Below are positions 1 to 20,633 of a DNA stretch of 64,000 bases, piece after piece (position 1 is the stretch's first letter; every line of letters begins with the position of its first letter). The notes beneath the pieces are model-generated. The model did not search any database. It was given only the letters and a program-made list of their open reading frames with translations, and was not told the origin of the DNA. Source of the stretch: Candidatus Latescibacterota bacterium (GTDB lineage: Bacteria > Latescibacterota > UBA2968 > UBA8231); contig CBDCDC010000002.1 in NCBI GenBank assembly GCA_965215195.1, forward strand, positions 1,952,001 through 2,016,000. Reading direction: 5' to 3'. A program made the translations under genes and the position numbers.

Positions 1-373
1 TCAGGGGCTGACTCAGTTCCCCTTCGCCTAGGACCTTCAACAGTCCCGATGGCTTGGCGATCAAGCCGGCAGCAGCCATTTCCTCTGGCCCGACTTCCCC
101 GCTGAATCCCCGCTCTTCGAGATCCCGCAGATTGACGACCTGATAGCTCGTTTTGAATTTGTGGTTGGAAAAACCCACCTTGGGAATGTGGCGGAACAGC
201 GGTAGCGTACCGCCGGTGAACCCGACGCGGTTGCCGCGCCTAGCACCGGACCTAGCTCGCTGGCCTTTGTGACCTTTGCCCGCAGTCTTGCCCGTCCCCG
301 AACCCGGCCCTTGTCCCAACCGCTTGCGGTTCCGCTTAGACCCTGGAGGGCATTTTATGTTTTCTAGACGCAT
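1..373 (-). CDS. rplO: 50S ribosomal protein L15 (3' end runs off the window)
   Basis: Manual translation from ATG at 373: MRLENIKCPPGSKRNRKRLGQGPGSGTGKTAGKGHKGQRARSG...; follows rpmD as in the spc operon; not in the ORF track. Confidence 0.95.
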   Translation of the reverse strand, partial: MRLENIKCPPGSKRNRKRLGQGPGSGTGKTAGKGHKGQRARSGARRGNRVGFTGGTLPLFRHIPKVGFSNHKFKTSYQVVNLRDLEERGFSGEVGPEEMAAAGLIAKPSGLLKVLGEGELSQPL

Positions 374-386
374 GGCACGCTCTCGC

Positions 387-569
387 TTACCCTTCTACTT
401 CCTCAACGGCGACCAGATGCTTGACTTTGGCGATCATACCCCGGATCTGGGGCGTGTCGTCGTGTACGACCTGTTGATATAGGCACTTGATGCCCAAAGC
501 CGCGATCGTTGCCTTTTGACCTTTGGCGCGGCCAATGGCACTGCGCCGCTGCGTAATGACCAGTTTCAT
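387..569 (-). CDS. rpmD: 50S ribosomal protein L30
   Basis: MKLVITQRRSAIG...TPQIRGMIAKVKHLV; between rpsE and rplO. Confidence 0.96.
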   Translation of the reverse strand: MKLVITQRRSAIGRAKGQKATIAALGIKCLYQQVVHDDTPQIRGMIAKVKHLVAVEEVEG

Positions 570-575
570 TGGCTG

Positions 576-1109
576 TCAATCCCAAGCGCGGAGCGATTCC
601 ACCGGCACCCCGCGCTCCCGCGCAATCATCTCGGCACTGCGTAGTTGCGTCAGTGCTTTGACGGTCGCCTTCACTGAATTCTGCACATTGTTGGATCCGA
701 GAGATTTGGTCAGAATATCGTGGACGCCGGCCAGCTCTAGCACGATGCGGGTGCCGCCGCTGGCGATGATTCCGGTTCCCGGGGTAGCCGGCTTAAAAAG
801 GACCTTGGCCGCGCCGAAGGCCCCGACGATCTCGTGCGGTATGGTCCCGTCGGTCACCGGGACCTCGACGACGTTCTTTTTGGCCGCCTCGGCACCCTTG
901 CGGATGGCTTCGGCGATCTCGCCAGCCTTGCCAGCGCCAAACCCCACGCGGCCATTGCGGTCGCCAACTACGACCATCGCACTGAAGCTGAAGCGCCGAC
1001 CGCCCTTGCGCACATGCGAAACGCGCTTGATGCTATTTTGGACGACAACTTCGCTCAACTCTGCACCGCTAGAATCGGATTTCGCTCTGCTAGTATCTGC
1101 TTTCGCCAC
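576..1109 (-). CDS. rpsE: 30S ribosomal protein S5
   Basis: [35 protein letters not shown] motifs. Confidence 0.97.
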   Translation of the reverse strand: MAKADTSRAKSDSSGAELSEVVVQNSIKRVSHVRKGGRRFSFSAMVVVGDRNGRVGFGAGKAGEIAEAIRKGAEAAKKNVVEVPVTDGTIPHEIVGAFGAAKVLFKPATPGTGIIASGGTRIVLELAGVHDILTKSLGSNNVQNSVKATVKALTQLRSAEMIARERGVPVESLRAWD

Positions 1110-1120
1110 GCCGTTCTCCC

Positions 1121-1495
1121 TTAGAAATTCAAGCCGGCTTCCCGCGCCCCGTCGGCCACGGCTTTGACCACCCCGTGATAGAGAAAGCCGCCGCGGTCAA
1201 AGACGACCTGCTCAATGCCCTTTTCGCGCGCCTTAGCGGCGACCATTTTGCCGACCTCGTGCCCTTGCGCCACGCGACTGCCAAACTGCCGTTCCCTCAG
1301 CTCCCGCGACTGAGTGGAAAGCCCTAAAAGGGAATGACCCGCCACGTCGTCGACTAGCTGCACCTCAATGTGGCGCAGGGAACGATGCACTACCATGCGC
1401 GGGCGCACGGGCGTACCGGAGACGATCTTGCGCAGCCGGTGCCGGCGCCGCTGCCGGCGCTGGCGGTTTTCGACCAAGTGTTTTTTGTCTTTCAT
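1121..1495 (-). CDS. rplR: 50S ribosomal protein L18
   Basis: [26 protein letters not shown] motif. Confidence 0.97.
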   Translation of the reverse strand: MKDKKHLVENRQRRQRRRHRLRKIVSGTPVRPRMVVHRSLRHIEVQLVDDVAGHSLLGLSTQSRELRERQFGSRVAQGHEVGKMVAAKAREKGIEQVVFDRGGFLYHGVVKAVADGAREAGLNF

Positions 1496-2052
1496 TAGCC
1501 TACTGCCGCCTTGCCCTGTTTCCAGTGAATAGTCTCGTTCTCATAGCGGATCCCCTTGCCCTTGTAGGGCTCTGGGCGGCGCTTGAAGCGAATATCGGCA
1601 GCCACTTGGCCCACGAGTTGCTTGTCGATGCCCCTGACGACGATGCGGGCTTGTGCCCCGCCAGTGCCGGCGGCCACCTCGACTTGGATATCCTCGGGCA
1701 CCTCGTAGATCACTGGATGCGAATAGCCTACGTGAAGCACGAGTTGTCTGCCTTGGACCTCGGCCCGATACCCTACGCCGAACAGGTCCAAGTTCTTGAA
1801 AAAACCCTTGGCGACCCCCTCAACCGCATTGGCGATCAAGGTGCGAGTCAATCCGTGTAGAGAGCGAGCTTGTTTGCTCTCGCCTTTGCGCGTCACAGTT
1901 AAAGCACTATCCTGCTGAACCACTGCGAGGTGCTCGGCGACAAACGGCACCTTTAACTGGCCCTTTGGCCCTTTTACGGAGACCACGGCAGGCGCCAGCG
2001 CGACTTCGACGCCCTGAGGTAGGGGAAGGGATTTGCTGCCTATGCGCGACAA
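1495..2052 (-). CDS. rplF: 50S ribosomal protein L6
   Basis: MSRIG start (TTG); PEPYKGKGIRY motif. Confidence 0.97.
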   Translation of the reverse strand: MSRIGSKSLPLPQGVEVALAPAVVSVKGPKGQLKVPFVAEHLAVVQQDSALTVTRKGESKQARSLHGLTRTLIANAVEGVAKGFFKNLDLFGVGYRAEVQGRQLVLHVGYSHPVIYEVPEDIQVEVAAGTGGAQARIVVRGIDKQLVGQVAADIRFKRRPEPYKGKGIRYENETIHWKQGKAAVG

Positions 2053-2077
2053 TCTAACATTCTCCCGGTGGCTTCAC

Positions 2078-2476
2078 TTACCAAACGCTACAGAGGATCT
2101 CACCGCCTACGCCGTTCATCCTCGCTTCTTTATCCGTCATCACGCCCTTAGAGGTGGAGACGATGGCGATGCCCAGCCCGCGGAGCACGCGCGGGATATC
2201 GGCTTTGCCCGCATATTGGCGCAACCCGGGCTTGCTGACGCGCTCTAGCCCGCGGATGATGCTATTGTCGTGCTGATCGTAGCGCAGATAGAGCCGCAAA
2301 ATGCCCTGCTTGTCGTCTTCGATAAAGGCGAAGTTGTCGATAAAACGAGACTCGGCCAATACGCGGGCCACTTCTCGCTTCAGCCTAGAAGCAGGCACGT
2401 CAACCTTCGAGTGCTTGGCACTGCAGGCGTTGCGAATGCGGGTCAACATGTCCGCTATGGGATCCGTCATGCTCAT
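2078..2476 (-). CDS. rpsH: 30S ribosomal protein S8
   Basis: TDPIADMLTRIRNA, SKPGLRQY, STSKGVMT. Confidence 0.98.
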   Translation of the reverse strand: MSMTDPIADMLTRIRNACSAKHSKVDVPASRLKREVARVLAESRFIDNFAFIEDDKQGILRLYLRYDQHDNSIIRGLERVSKPGLRQYAGKADIPRVLRGLGIAIVSTSKGVMTDKEARMNGVGGEILCSVW

Positions 2477-2494
2477 ATTGATTTCTCCAGCTCG

Positions 2495-2680
2495 CTACCA
2501 ACTCGCCTTGCTAACGCCCGGAATCTCGCCCTTGAGGGCCAATTCGCGAAAACAGATACGGCACAGGCCGAACTTGCGATATACTGCCCGCGGGCGTCCA
2601 CAGCGGTGGCAACGAGTATAGGCTCGCGTGGAAAACTTGGGTTTGCGCTGCGCTTTGGCTATCAGGCATTTCTTTGGCAT
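2495..2680 (-). CDS. rpsZ: 30S ribosomal protein S14, short Zn-binding (type Z) form
   Basis: 61 aa with CHRC...CRIC zinc ligands; [11 protein letters not shown]. Confidence 0.96.
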   Translation of the reverse strand: MPKKCLIAKAQRKPKFSTRAYTRCHRCGRPRAVYRKFGLCRICFRELALKGEIPGVSKASW

Positions 2681-2699
2681 TAGCAGGTTTTCTCCAGCT

Positions 2700-3245
2700 C
2701 TATTGACTAAAGGGCATGCCCAGCAATCGGAGCAACTCTTGGCCTTCCTCGTCGCTTTTGGCCGAGGTGACGATGGTGATATTCATGCCCCGGACTTGGT
2801 CGATCATATCGTAGTTGATCTCGGGAAATATGATCTGTTCCTTGATGCCCAGATTGTAGTTGCCGCGGCCGTCGAAGCTCCGCGGAGAAACTCCGCGGAA
2901 ATCTCGGACCTGCGGCAAGGCGAAACTGATCAAGCGGTCGAGAAACTCGTACATGCGGGTGCCCCGCAAGGTGACCATGCAGCCGATGGGAATGCCGACG
3001 CGCAATTTGAAGTTTGAGACCGCCTTTTTGGCGTGGCGGATGGCGGGCTTTTGGCCGGTGATCGCCGTCAATTCGGATACAGCGCCTTCGAGCATCTTGG
3101 GCTCCTGCACCGCTTCGCCGACACCCATGTTGACGACGACCTTCTGTACGCGCGGCACCTGCATGTCGTTCTTAAAGGCGAAGCGGTCCTTGAGCTGAGG
3201 CAGCACCTCTTCTCTGTACTGTTTTTTTAGTCTGGCTTCGTACAT
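2700..3245 (-). CDS. rplE: 50S ribosomal protein L5
   Basis: [26 protein letters not shown]. Confidence 0.98.
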   Translation of the reverse strand: MYEARLKKQYREEVLPQLKDRFAFKNDMQVPRVQKVVVNMGVGEAVQEPKMLEGAVSELTAITGQKPAIRHAKKAVSNFKLRVGIPIGCMVTLRGTRMYEFLDRLISFALPQVRDFRGVSPRSFDGRGNYNLGIKEQIIFPEINYDMIDQVRGMNITIVTSAKSDEEGQELLRLLGMPFSQ

Positions 3246-3248
3246 GGC

Positions 3249-3566
3249 TTATTCTGGGTCGATCATTTCGCCGCTGCGAACAGAGACGCGCACGCATTTG
3301 CCGTTGTCCAGCTTCTTGTGGCCGATGCGCGTCGGTTGGTCGGTCTTGGGGCAGACGATCATGACATTGGAAACGTGAATGGGGGCCTCGCGCTCAACGA
3401 TACCCCCTTGGGGATCGCGCGATGTGGGACGGGTGTGGTGCTTGCGCATATTCACGCCTTCAACGATGACCCGTCCCCGATCCTTGAACACGCTGAGCAC
3501 CTTCGAGCGCCGCCCTTTGTCGTTGCCGCTTATGACCTGTATTACATCGTCTTTGCGAATGTCCAT
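3249..3566 (-). CDS. rplX: 50S ribosomal protein L24
   Basis: KOW-like start IRKDDVIQVISGNDKG; EAPIHVSNV. Confidence 0.97.
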   Translation of the reverse strand: MDIRKDDVIQVISGNDKGRRSKVLSVFKDRGRVIVEGVNMRKHHTRPTSRDPQGGIVEREAPIHVSNVMIVCPKTDQPTRIGHKKLDNGKCVRVSVRSGEMIDPE

Positions 3567-3577
3567 TGCGCTCTTCC

Positions 3578-3946
3578 TCAGACTACCTCAGGGGCTAGCG
3601 AGACAATGCGCATGTATTGCTTTTCGCGCAGCTCGCGGGCCACAGGCCCGAATATGCGAGTACCTGTTGGCTCCTTGTCGTCGTTGACCAATACGGCGGC
3701 ATTGTCGTCAAAGCGGATATAGGATCCATCGGGACGGCGATATTCCTTCTTGGTCCGCACGACTACGGCCTTGACGACTTGCCCTTCTTCTAAAGGCCCG
3801 TTCGGCGCTACGCCATGGACAGCGACTACGATCAGGTCGCCAATGCTGGCATAGCGCTTGCGGGAGCCGCCGAGTACGCGGATGCAGCGGCCTGTGCGGG
3901 CCCCGGCGTTATCTGCCATTTTGACTACGCTATATTCCCGAATCAT
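3578..3946 (-). CDS. rplN: 50S ribosomal protein L14
   Basis: [32 protein letters not shown]. Confidence 0.98.
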   Translation of the reverse strand: MIREYSVVKMADNAGARTGRCIRVLGGSRKRYASIGDLIVVAVHGVAPNGPLEEGQVVKAVVVRTKKEYRRPDGSYIRFDDNAAVLVNDDKEPTGTRIFGPVARELREKQYMRIVSLAPEVV

Positions 3947-3973
3947 TTTGTTTTTACAAGTCTAAATTTTGAT

Positions 3974-4231
3974 TTACTGCCGCTCTAATACATCGACGAG
4001 CCGCCAACGCTTGGTCTTGCTCAGGGGGCGGCACTCCTCAATGCGCACTAGATCGCCAACCTGCGACTCTTCGCGCTCGTCGTGAGCGACGAACTTGGCG
4101 GTGCGGCGGATGATCCGTCCGTACAGGGCATGCGGAATGCGTTGTTCAACCGCCACGATGCGCGTCTTGACGTTGCTGGCCTTGAGCACTCGGCCTTCGG
4201 CCTGACGCCGGCCTCTCTTTTGTTTAGCCAT
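3974..4231 (-). CDS. rpsQ: 30S ribosomal protein S17
   Basis: AHDE...[21 protein letters not shown]; start taken as ATG of MAKQKRG (ORF track extends into rpmC). Confidence 0.95.
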   Translation of the reverse strand: MAKQKRGRRQAEGRVLKASNVKTRIVAVEQRIPHALYGRIIRRTAKFVAHDEREESQVGDLVRIEECRPLSKTKRWRLVDVLERQ

Positions 4232-4238
4232 TTCCCAC

Positions 4239-4454
4239 CTACTTCCCACCGGCCAAGGGGCGAATCCCGAGGGTGTGCTCTTTGAGCACGGTGTGCGCTT
4301 TGGCAATATCGCGCCGCACCTGCCGCAAGCGAATGGGGCTAGTCAACTGGCCGGCTACGTGCTGAAAACGCAGGTTGAAGAACTCCTCGTGCAGTTCTTC
4401 CAACCTGTTTTGCACTTCCTCTGAGCTCATCTCGCGCAATTCGCTGACCTTCAT
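4239..4454 (-). CDS. rpmC: 50S ribosomal protein L29
   Basis: ELREMS...[12 protein letters not shown]....[10 protein letters not shown]. Confidence 0.95.
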   Translation of the reverse strand: MKVSELREMSSEEVQNRLEELHEEFFNLRFQHVAGQLTSPIRLRQVRRDIAKAHTVLKEHTLGIRPLAGGK

Positions 4455-4458
4455 AACC

Positions 4459-4869
4459 TCATGCAACCCGTTTGACGACCTTGGTCTTGATGGGCAGTTT
4501 GTGGCCAGCGCGGCGGAATGCCTCGCGGGCCATGTCTTCGGGCACCCCGGAAAGCTCGAACATCACCCGCCCGGGTTTGACGACTGCAACCCATCCCTCG
4601 GGCGACCCCTTGCCTTTGCCCATGCGAGTTTCGGCCGGTTTCTTGGTGATCGGTTTGTCGGGAAAAATGCGAATCCACATCTTGCCCGTGCGGCTCATCG
4701 CCCGACTAATCGTCACGCGCATGGCCTCGATCTGGCGGCTGGTGACCCAACAAGGCTCGAGGGCTTTGAGGCCGTATTCGCCAAAGGAGACCATGTCCCC
4801 GCCTTTGGTCTGGCCGCGCATGCGGCCCCGCGCCTGCTTCCTCCACTTGGACTTCTTGGGCATCAACAT
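4459..4869 (-). CDS. rplP: 50S ribosomal protein L16
   Basis: [24 protein letters not shown]. Confidence 0.98.
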   Translation of the reverse strand: MLMPKKSKWRKQARGRMRGQTKGGDMVSFGEYGLKALEPCWVTSRQIEAMRVTISRAMSRTGKMWIRIFPDKPITKKPAETRMGKGKGSPEGWVAVVKPGRVMFELSGVPEDMAREAFRRAGHKLPIKTKVVKRVA

Positions 4870-4887
4870 GAGAGTGCCTCGCTGTAA

Positions 4888-5541
4888 TTAGACCGCTCGA
4901 GCGGCCCCTTCTTCGGCCATGACTTCGCCGTGGCAAATCCAAACCTTTACGCCCACAGTCCCCGATACGGTGTAGGCCGTCGCCATGGCGTAGTCGATAT
5001 CGGCGCGCAGCGTGTGCAAGGGGACCCGACCAGCTGGCTCGGAACGCTCGCGCCGCCCCATCTCCAAACCACCGATGCGCCCAGAACAGACGATGCGGAT
5101 GCCCTCGGCCCCCATGCGCATTGACGAAGCTACGGATTTCTTCATGGCCCGGCGGAAAGAGACGCGCTGCTCTAGCTGGCGGGCGAGATTGTCGGCCACT
5201 AGCTGGGCGTCCAGTTCGGGCTTCTTGATCTCTTGGATATTGAGCGAGACATCCTTGCTGGTCAGTGCCTTGAGCTCGTCGCGAATTTTATCGACTTCGG
5301 CCCCGCGGCGACCAATGGCAATACCAGGTCGAGCCGTATGCACTTCAACGGTAACCCGCTTGGGCTGGCGCTCAATATTGATCTGGGACACGCCAGCTCT
5401 CTGTAGGCGCTGGCGCACGTAGCGCCGCAGCATGAGGTCTTCCTTGAGCAACTCGGAAAAGTCCTTTTCGGCGAACCAATTTGAACGCCAAGGCTTGATG
5501 ACCCCGAGACGAAAGCCGTATGGATGTGTTTTCTGGCCCAA
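4888..5541 (-). CDS. rpsC: 30S ribosomal protein S3
   Basis: [38 protein letters not shown]. Confidence 0.98.
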   Translation of the reverse strand: MGQKTHPYGFRLGVIKPWRSNWFAEKDFSELLKEDLMLRRYVRQRLQRAGVSQINIERQPKRVTVEVHTARPGIAIGRRGAEVDKIRDELKALTSKDVSLNIQEIKKPELDAQLVADNLARQLEQRVSFRRAMKKSVASSMRMGAEGIRIVCSGRIGGLEMGRRERSEPAGRVPLHTLRADIDYAMATAYTVSGTVGVKVWICHGEVMAEEGAARAV

Positions 5542-5551
5542 AGTGTCCCCC

Positions 5552-5905
5552 TTAGTTGACCTCGTCGCTGACGACGACCGTGAGATTGCAGTGGCGCTTG
5601 CGAATGCGATCGGCCGAGCCGCGAGCCCGCGGACGAATGCGCTTGAGATCGCGTCCTTCGTCGGCGAAGACGCAAGTTACATAGAGATCATCGGCGTCGA
5701 CCGGATTTTCTTCATCCTGGTTGATCCCATTGGATATGGCCGAACGCAGGGTTTTTTCGACCAGCTTGGCTACTGGGCGAGGCGAAAACCGAAGAATGGT
5801 AAGGGCCTCGGCGACCGGCTTACCGCGAATCAGGTCAATGAGCTGGCGCACTTTAGTAGTCGGTACGCCGATTTGTTTGAGGACAGCCCTCGCTTCCATG
5901 CTCAT
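5552..5905 (-). CDS. rplV: 50S ribosomal protein L22
   Basis: [22 protein letters not shown]; start MSMEARA overlaps the rpsS stop. Confidence 0.96.
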   Translation of the reverse strand: MSMEARAVLKQIGVPTTKVRQLIDLIRGKPVAEALTILRFSPRPVAKLVEKTLRSAISNGINQDEENPVDADDLYVTCVFADEGRDLKRIRPRARGSADRIRKRHCNLTVVVSDEVN

Positions 5906-6189
5906 TGTACTCTCGTGCCGCGCTCGGTCAACCGCCCCCTGTGGCCGCGGAAAGTGCGGGTCGGGGCGAATTCGCCGAGCTTGTGCCCAACCATGTTCTC
6001 TGTGATGTACACCGGAATGAACTTGTTGCCGTTGTAAACGGCCAGCGTATGGCCGACGAAGTCGGGCGTAATGGTTGAGCGCCGCGACCAAGTCCGCACG
6101 ACCTGCTTGTCGCCCGTGCGATTGAGGTGCTCGATTTTTTTTGCTAAATGCCCGTCAATAAAAGGGCCTTTTTTGATCGATCTTGCCAT
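5902..6189 (-). CDS. rpsS: 30S ribosomal protein S19
   Basis: [31 protein letters not shown]. Confidence 0.98.
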   Translation of the reverse strand: MARSIKKGPFIDGHLAKKIEHLNRTGDKQVVRTWSRRSTITPDFVGHTLAVYNGNKFIPVYITENMVGHKLGEFAPTRTFRGHRGRLTERGTRVQ

Positions 6190-6198
6190 AGTCCCTCG

Positions 6199-7032
6199 CT
6201 ACTTCGCGTTGCGCCGGCGTATGATCCACTGATTGCTTTGGTTTTTGCGTTTGCGCGTCTTGTACCCTTTGGTGGGCTTGCCCCAAGGGGTGACCGGGTG
6301 CCGTCCACCTGAAGATCGGCCTTCACCCCCCCCATGTGGGTGGTCAACCGGATTCATAACTACGCCCCGCACCTTGGGTCTGCGCCCCAACCAACGGGAG
6401 CGACCAGCCTTGCCAATGACGATATTGGCGTGTTCTACATTGCCCACCTGCCCCAAGGTCGCCATGCACTGGACGGGTACTTCGCGATTTTCCCCGGAAG
6501 GCAGGCGCAGCTGCGCCCGCCCGCCATCGCGGCCGAGAAGCTGCACTTCAGCACCCGCGCTGCGCGCTAGCTGCCCGCCGCGGCCGGGATTGAGCTCGAC
6601 ATTGTGAACCGTTGCTCCCAAGGGAATATTGGCCAACGGCAGGGCATTGCCGACCTCGATTGGGGCATTGGGCCCGGCGGTGACCTCGGCCCCGACCTTC
6701 AGGCCCAAAGGCGCGAGAATATAGCGCTTATCTCCGTCGGCATAGACGACAAGGGCAATAAATGCCGAGCGATTGGGATCGTATTCGATCGCGGCGACCC
6801 GACCCGGTACAGCGAGCTTGGTCCGCTTGAAGTCGATGACGCGATAGCGCCTCTTGTGCCCTCCCCCGCGCCGACGCATGGTCAGGCGACCCTGATTGTT
6901 GCGCCCTCCCGACTTGCCAACGGCAGCAGCGAGCAAGGACTTCTCGGGCTTGCTGCGCGTTAGCTCCGCAAAGGAGTTGACCGTCTTGTAGCGCAGCGTC
7001 GGGGTTGTGGGGCGAAATTTCTTGACTGCCAT
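6199..7032 (-). CDS. rplB: 50S ribosomal protein L2
   Basis: [26 protein letters not shown]. Confidence 0.99.
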   Translation of the reverse strand: MAVKKFRPTTPTLRYKTVNSFAELTRSKPEKSLLAAAVGKSGGRNNQGRLTMRRRGGGHKRRYRVIDFKRTKLAVPGRVAAIEYDPNRSAFIALVVYADGDKRYILAPLGLKVGAEVTAGPNAPIEVGNALPLANIPLGATVHNVELNPGRGGQLARSAGAEVQLLGRDGGRAQLRLPSGENREVPVQCMATLGQVGNVEHANIVIGKAGRSRWLGRRPKVRGVVMNPVDHPHGGGEGRSSGGRHPVTPWGKPTKGYKTRKRKNQSNQWIIRRRNAK

Positions 7033-7048
7033 CTCGAGACCAACTTAG

Positions 7049-7333
7049 CTAGATATTTTCTGCAAATTCAATAGAGTCGCCGGCCCGGAGGGTCACGTAG
7101 GCCTTTTTCCAACCGGCACGCTGCCCTAAGTACATCCCTTGCCGCTTGGGCTTGCTGGGAACCTTGACGGTACGGACGGATTCGACCTTGACCGAAAAAA
7201 CGGATTCTACTGCCTGGCGGATCTGGATCTTGTTGGCCTTGGGATGGACGCGAAAGGCGTATTTGTTGCCCTCGCGCAACATGGAGGCTTTTTCGGTGAT
7301 CACCGGCTTCTGAATAATCGCTCGCGGGTTCAT
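7049..7333 (-). CDS. rplW: 50S ribosomal protein L23
   Basis: PVITEKA, ANKIQIRQAVE, WKKAYVTL. Confidence 0.97.
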   Translation of the reverse strand: MNPRAIIQKPVITEKASMLREGNKYAFRVHPKANKIQIRQAVESVFSVKVESVRTVKVPSKPKRQGMYLGQRAGWKKAYVTLRAGDSIEFAENI

Positions 7334-7336
7334 TTC

Positions 7337-7975
7337 TCAGCCCCTTTGGCCACGGGTTTCTACGAGCCGATCAAAGGCTTGGCGAGTAAATAAGACCACG
7401 TCCGCTGCCAGCAAGTCATAGGTAGATAGCGAACCGATATGGGCAATTTTCACCTTGGGCAGATTGCGACTCGATTTGATCAACACCGGACAGCTTTCCA
7501 CAGTGACAAACAGGACCTTCTGACCTTTGAGACCGCACACTTCAATGACTTTCTGAAAGGAACGGGTACTGGGAGCGGGAAAATCGAAGTCGATGACGAC
7601 CTTGACCTGCCCCTCTGTGCCTTTGAGCGTGAGTGCCGAGCGGAATGCCAAACGCTTGAGGGACTTGGGCAGTTTAGAAGAATAAGAGCGAGGGCGGGGG
7701 CCAAAGGCCACGCCACCACCGCGCACCAATGGCGAGCGCATCGAACCCCGACGCGCCCAACCCGTGCCTTTCTGGCGATGGTGCTTCTTGCTCGTGCGGG
7801 CTATTTCGGACCGGGTCTTGGTCGAGGCTGTCCCCTGCCGCTGATTCGCTTGGCTGGAGACGATCGCTCGATAGAGGGCGTATTCCGAAACCGCAATGCC
7901 GAACAAATCCTCGGGCAATTCTACTGAGCCGTTTGCTTGCCCTTCGCTGTTTAGCACTTCTACTTGCGCACCCAT
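7337..7975 (-). CDS. rplD: 50S ribosomal protein L4
   Basis: RQGTASTKTRSE, RQKGTG, RGGGVAFGPRPRSY. Confidence 0.97.
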   Translation of the reverse strand: MGAQVEVLNSEGQANGSVELPEDLFGIAVSEYALYRAIVSSQANQRQGTASTKTRSEIARTSKKHHRQKGTGWARRGSMRSPLVRGGGVAFGPRPRSYSSKLPKSLKRLAFRSALTLKGTEGQVKVVIDFDFPAPSTRSFQKVIEVCGLKGQKVLFVTVESCPVLIKSSRNLPKVKIAHIGSLSTYDLLAADVVLFTRQAFDRLVETRGQRG

Positions 7976-7983
7976 GATTCTGA

Positions 7984-8295
7984 TTAAACCTTTATGTCAA
8001 TGCCGATGCCCGCAGGCAGATCGAGTTTCATCAGCGCATCCACGGTCTGCGGCGTCGAATCGTAAATGTCGATGAGCCGCTTGTGAATGCGCGTCTCGAA
8101 CTGCTCACGCGATTTCTTGTCCACGTGCGGAGAGCGCAGCACGGTGTACACAGTGCGAGCTGTCGGCAGCGGCACCGGGCCGGCGATACGGGCCCCGCTT
8201 CGCTTGACCGTCTGGACTATCTCGTCCACGGATTTGTCCAAAGCCATGTGGTCGTAGGCTTTGAGGCGAATGCGTATTCTGCTGTCAACTGCCAT
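7984..8295 (-). CDS. rpsJ: 30S ribosomal protein S10
   Basis: [23 protein letters not shown]. Confidence 0.98.
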   Translation of the reverse strand: MAVDSRIRIRLKAYDHMALDKSVDEIVQTVKRSGARIAGPVPLPTARTVYTVLRSPHVDKKSREQFETRIHKRLIDIYDSTPQTVDALMKLDLPAGIGIDIKV

Positions 8296-8324
8296 TGGCT
8301 CGCATCTCCCTAACGCGGCTGTCC

Positions 8325-9515
<1,191 letters not shown>

Positions 9516-9558
9516 TTCCTTAATCCTCTCCTTAGTCTCTGGGAAGGCGGTTACAGCT

Positions 9559-11637
9559 TTAACTTCGAGTGTTGTCGACGATTTCTTCGGTGATGTGCTT
9601 TGGGACGGCTTGATACTTGGAAAACTGCATGGTAAAAAGCGCCCGTCCCTGGGTCAGCGAACGCAAGCGGGTGGCGTAGCCAAAAGTCTCGCTCAGCGGC
9701 ACGAAGGCCCTGACGACTTGGGCATCGGAACGGGGATTGATGCCTTGTATCTCGCCGCGATGCGAATTGAGATCGCCCATTACGTCGCCCAGATATTGCT
9801 CGGGGACGACGACCTCCAACTCCATAATCGGCTCCATGAGATAGGGAGCCGCTTTCAGGGCACCGTCTTTGAAGGCCATGAGCCCGGCCACCTTAAAGGC
9901 GATCTCCGATGAGTCCACCTCGTGATGCGACCCATCTACCAGCACGACCTTGACATCCTCGATCGGGTAACCGGCAATGGGGCCGGTGGTCATGGCCTCA
10001 ATGATGCCCTCGCGCACTGGATTGATGTATTCCTTGGGAATGTTGCCGCCGATAATTTTCGACTCAAAGACCAGCCCGCTGCCCGGTTCGCCTGGCTCAA
10101 TCTCCAGCTCAACGTGCCCGTACTGGCCGCGGCCCCCGGTCTGTCGCACGAACCGGCCCGAGGTCTTAACGGCCTTGCACAGGCCTTCTTTGTAGGCCAC
10201 TTGGGGCTTGCCGACATTGGCCTCAACCTTGAACTCGCGGAAGAGGCGGTCAATGAGTATCTCTAGGTGCAGTTCACCCATGCCCGACATGATCGTCTGG
10301 CCTGTCTCGTCGTCGAGCTTGACCTGAAAGGTCGGATCTTCCTCGCTGAGCTTGGACAGGGCAATGTATAGCTGGTCCTGATCGGCCCGCGTCTTTGGCT
10401 CAATTGCCACGTGGACCACCGGCTCGGCAAATTCGATCTTTTCCAAGACGATGGGGTGCTGCTCGTCGCAAAGCGTATCGCCAGTAGTTGTGTTTTTGAG
10501 GCCGACCACAGCGACTATATCACCGGCATAGGCATGGGACGACTCAGTGCGGTCGTTGGCGTGCATCTCCAGCAAGCGCGCGGTCCGCTCGCGGCGCTCA
10601 GTAGTCACATTGTAGAGATAAGTGCCCGAGCTTAACACACCTGAATAGACGCGAACAAAGGTGAGGCGCCCGACAAAGGGGTCCGTCATAACCTTAAAGG
10701 CCAACCCGGCAAAAGGCGCATCGTCGCGGGCGGAACGTATCGCCTCTGCGCTGGAATGGGGTAGGGTGCCCTTGATTTCGCCGATGTCGGCCGGGGACGG
10801 AAGGTAGTGTAGCACAGCGTCAAGCAAGCGCTGGACGCCTTTGTATTTGTACGCACTGCCGCACGTTACGGGCACGGCCTTCAGCGCGATAGTGGCTTGG
10901 CGCAGCGCAGCTCGGATTTCGTCCGGGTGAATTTCCTCCCCTTCGAGGAATTTTTCGAGCAGCCCATCGTCGAATTCGGCCACCGCCTCGAGCAGTTTTT
11001 CGCGGTATTGCAAGGCACTCTCCAGCAAGTCCGCGGGGATCTCGTCCTCGAAAAACTTGACGCCTTGGCTGGCCTCTTCATAGGTAATGGCCTTCATCTC
11101 GACCAAGTCTATCAAACCGTTGAACGTCTCGCCGACGCCGATGGGCAACTGAACGGGCACGAAATTGCTGTTCAACCGCTCTTGGAGCATGCTAAGGACC
11201 TGAAAAAAATCAGCCCCATTGCGATCCATCTTGTTGACGAAAGCAATGCGCGGAACCTCGTATTTGTCGGCTTGACGCCAGACGGTCTCGGACTGAGGTT
11301 CAACTCCGCCGACCGCACAAAAGACGCCTATGGCACCGTCGAGGACGCGCAGCGAACGCTCGACCTCGGCGGTAAAATCCACGTGGCCGGGCGTGTCGAT
11401 GATGTTGATGCGGTGATCCTTCCACTCGCAAGCGGTAGCTGCAGAGGTGATGGTAATTCCGCGCTCGCGCTCTTGCTCCATCCAATCCATCGTCGCCGTG
11501 CCCTCGTGGACCTCTCCCATGCGGTGAACGCGGCCAGTGTAGTAGAGGATCCGCTCGGTCGTAGTGGTCTTGCCAGCGTCAATGTGAGCCGCAATCCCGA
11601 TATTGCGCGTGTCTTGTTGTGAAAACTGTCGTGCCAT
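9559..11637 (-). CDS. fusA: Elongation factor G
   Basis: [27 protein letters not shown]; start taken as MARQFS downstream of the rpsG stop. Confidence 0.98.
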   Translation of the reverse strand: MARQFSQQDTRNIGIAAHIDAGKTTTTERILYYTGRVHRMGEVHEGTATMDWMEQERERGITITSAATACEWKDHRINIIDTPGHVDFTAEVERSLRVLDGAIGVFCAVGGVEPQSETVWRQADKYEVPRIAFVNKMDRNGADFFQVLSMLQERLNSNFVPVQLPIGVGETFNGLIDLVEMKAITYEEASQGVKFFEDEIPADLLESALQYREKLLEAVAEFDDGLLEKFLEGEEIHPDEIRAALRQATIALKAVPVTCGSAYKYKGVQRLLDAVLHYLPSPADIGEIKGTLPHSSAEAIRSARDDAPFAGLAFKVMTDPFVGRLTFVRVYSGVLSSGTYLYNVTTERRERTARLLEMHANDRTESSHAYAGDIVAVVGLKNTTTGDTLCDEQHPIVLEKIEFAEPVVHVAIEPKTRADQDQLYIALSKLSEEDPTFQVKLDDETGQTIMSGMGELHLEILIDRLFREFKVEANVGKPQVAYKEGLCKAVKTSGRFVRQTGGRGQYGHVELEIEPGEPGSGLVFESKIIGGNIPKEYINPVREGIIEAMTTGPIAGYPIEDVKVVLVDGSHHEVDSSEIAFKVAGLMAFKDGALKAAPYLMEPIMELEVVVPEQYLGDVMGDLNSHRGEIQGINPRSDAQVVRAFVPLSETFGYATRLRSLTQGRALFTMQFSKYQAVPKHITEEIVDNTRS

Positions 11638-11653
11638 TTCCCCTGAGAACTCC

Positions 11654-12124
11654 CTAAAATCTGTAGTGGGCAAAGGCCTTGTTTGCCTCGGCCATGCGGT
11701 GGACGTCTTCCTTCATGCGCACAGCTCCACCTTCCCCCCTTGACGCAGCGATAAATTCGTTGGCCAACCGCTCGGCCATGGTGCGCTCAGAGCGCTCGCG
11801 GGCGAAGCGAATCAACCAGCGAATCGAACGCGCCGTGCGCTCATCCGGCCGCATTTCGACCGGCACCTGATAGGTCTGGCCACCGACTCGACGCGATTTA
11901 ACCATGACGATGGGCTTGGCGTTTTCCAGCGCCTTCTGGAAGACATCAATCCCGTCTTGGCCACTGCGCTCGGCCGCCAAGTCAATCGAGTCGTAGAATA
12001 TGCGCTCGGCCACGCTCTTCTTGCCTTGTTTCATCAGCGAATTTACGAACCTCGCTGCCAAGACATTGTGGAACTTCGGGTCCGGCAGCAGCTTGCGTTT
12101 AATTGCTCTTTTACGCCGCGACAT
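11654..12124 (-). CDS. rpsG: 30S ribosomal protein S7
   Basis: [25 protein letters not shown]. Confidence 0.98.
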   Translation of the reverse strand: MSRRKRAIKRKLLPDPKFHNVLAARFVNSLMKQGKKSVAERIFYDSIDLAAERSGQDGIDVFQKALENAKPIVMVKSRRVGGQTYQVPVEMRPDERTARSIRWLIRFARERSERTMAERLANEFIAASRGEGGAVRMKEDVHRMAEANKAFAHYRF

Positions 12125-12135
12125 TGCTCGTACTC

Positions 12136-12507
<372 letters not shown>

Positions 12508-12550
12508 ACGCTGTTTCTCCTCGCGATCCCGTAATAAATGGCAAACTTAT

Positions 12551-12579
12551 AAATTAAATACAAACTGTATAACTGTCAA
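12551..12579 (-). promoter_or_regulatory. Putative sigma70 promoter of the str operon
   Basis: TTGACA-17 nt-TAATTT in an AT-rich gap between the rpoC stop and rpsL. Confidence 0.55.
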
Positions 12580-12581
12580 TA

Positions 12582-16682
<4,101 letters not shown>

Positions 16683-16720
16683 TGGCACCCCCTTTGCGCT
16701 TTGTGCGAATGCTCTGCGAC

Positions 16721-20500
<3,780 letters not shown>

Positions 20501-20536
20501 AGTCCAACTCCTCAATTTGTGGTTTAAGGCAAATGC

Positions 20537-20566
20537 TCATGGAGCTATCGACCAATAGCTCCATGA
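20537..20566 (-). terminator. Hairpin between rplL and rpoB (possible attenuator or processing site)
   Basis: 12-bp perfect stem TCATGGAGCTAT/ATAGCTCCATGA; weak U-tract. Confidence 0.5.
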
Positions 20567-20633
20567 ATGCGCGCTGCAGAAAAGCAGGTATGACAGGTAT
20601 GAATAGATGAACTCCTATATACGCAGCAGTCCC

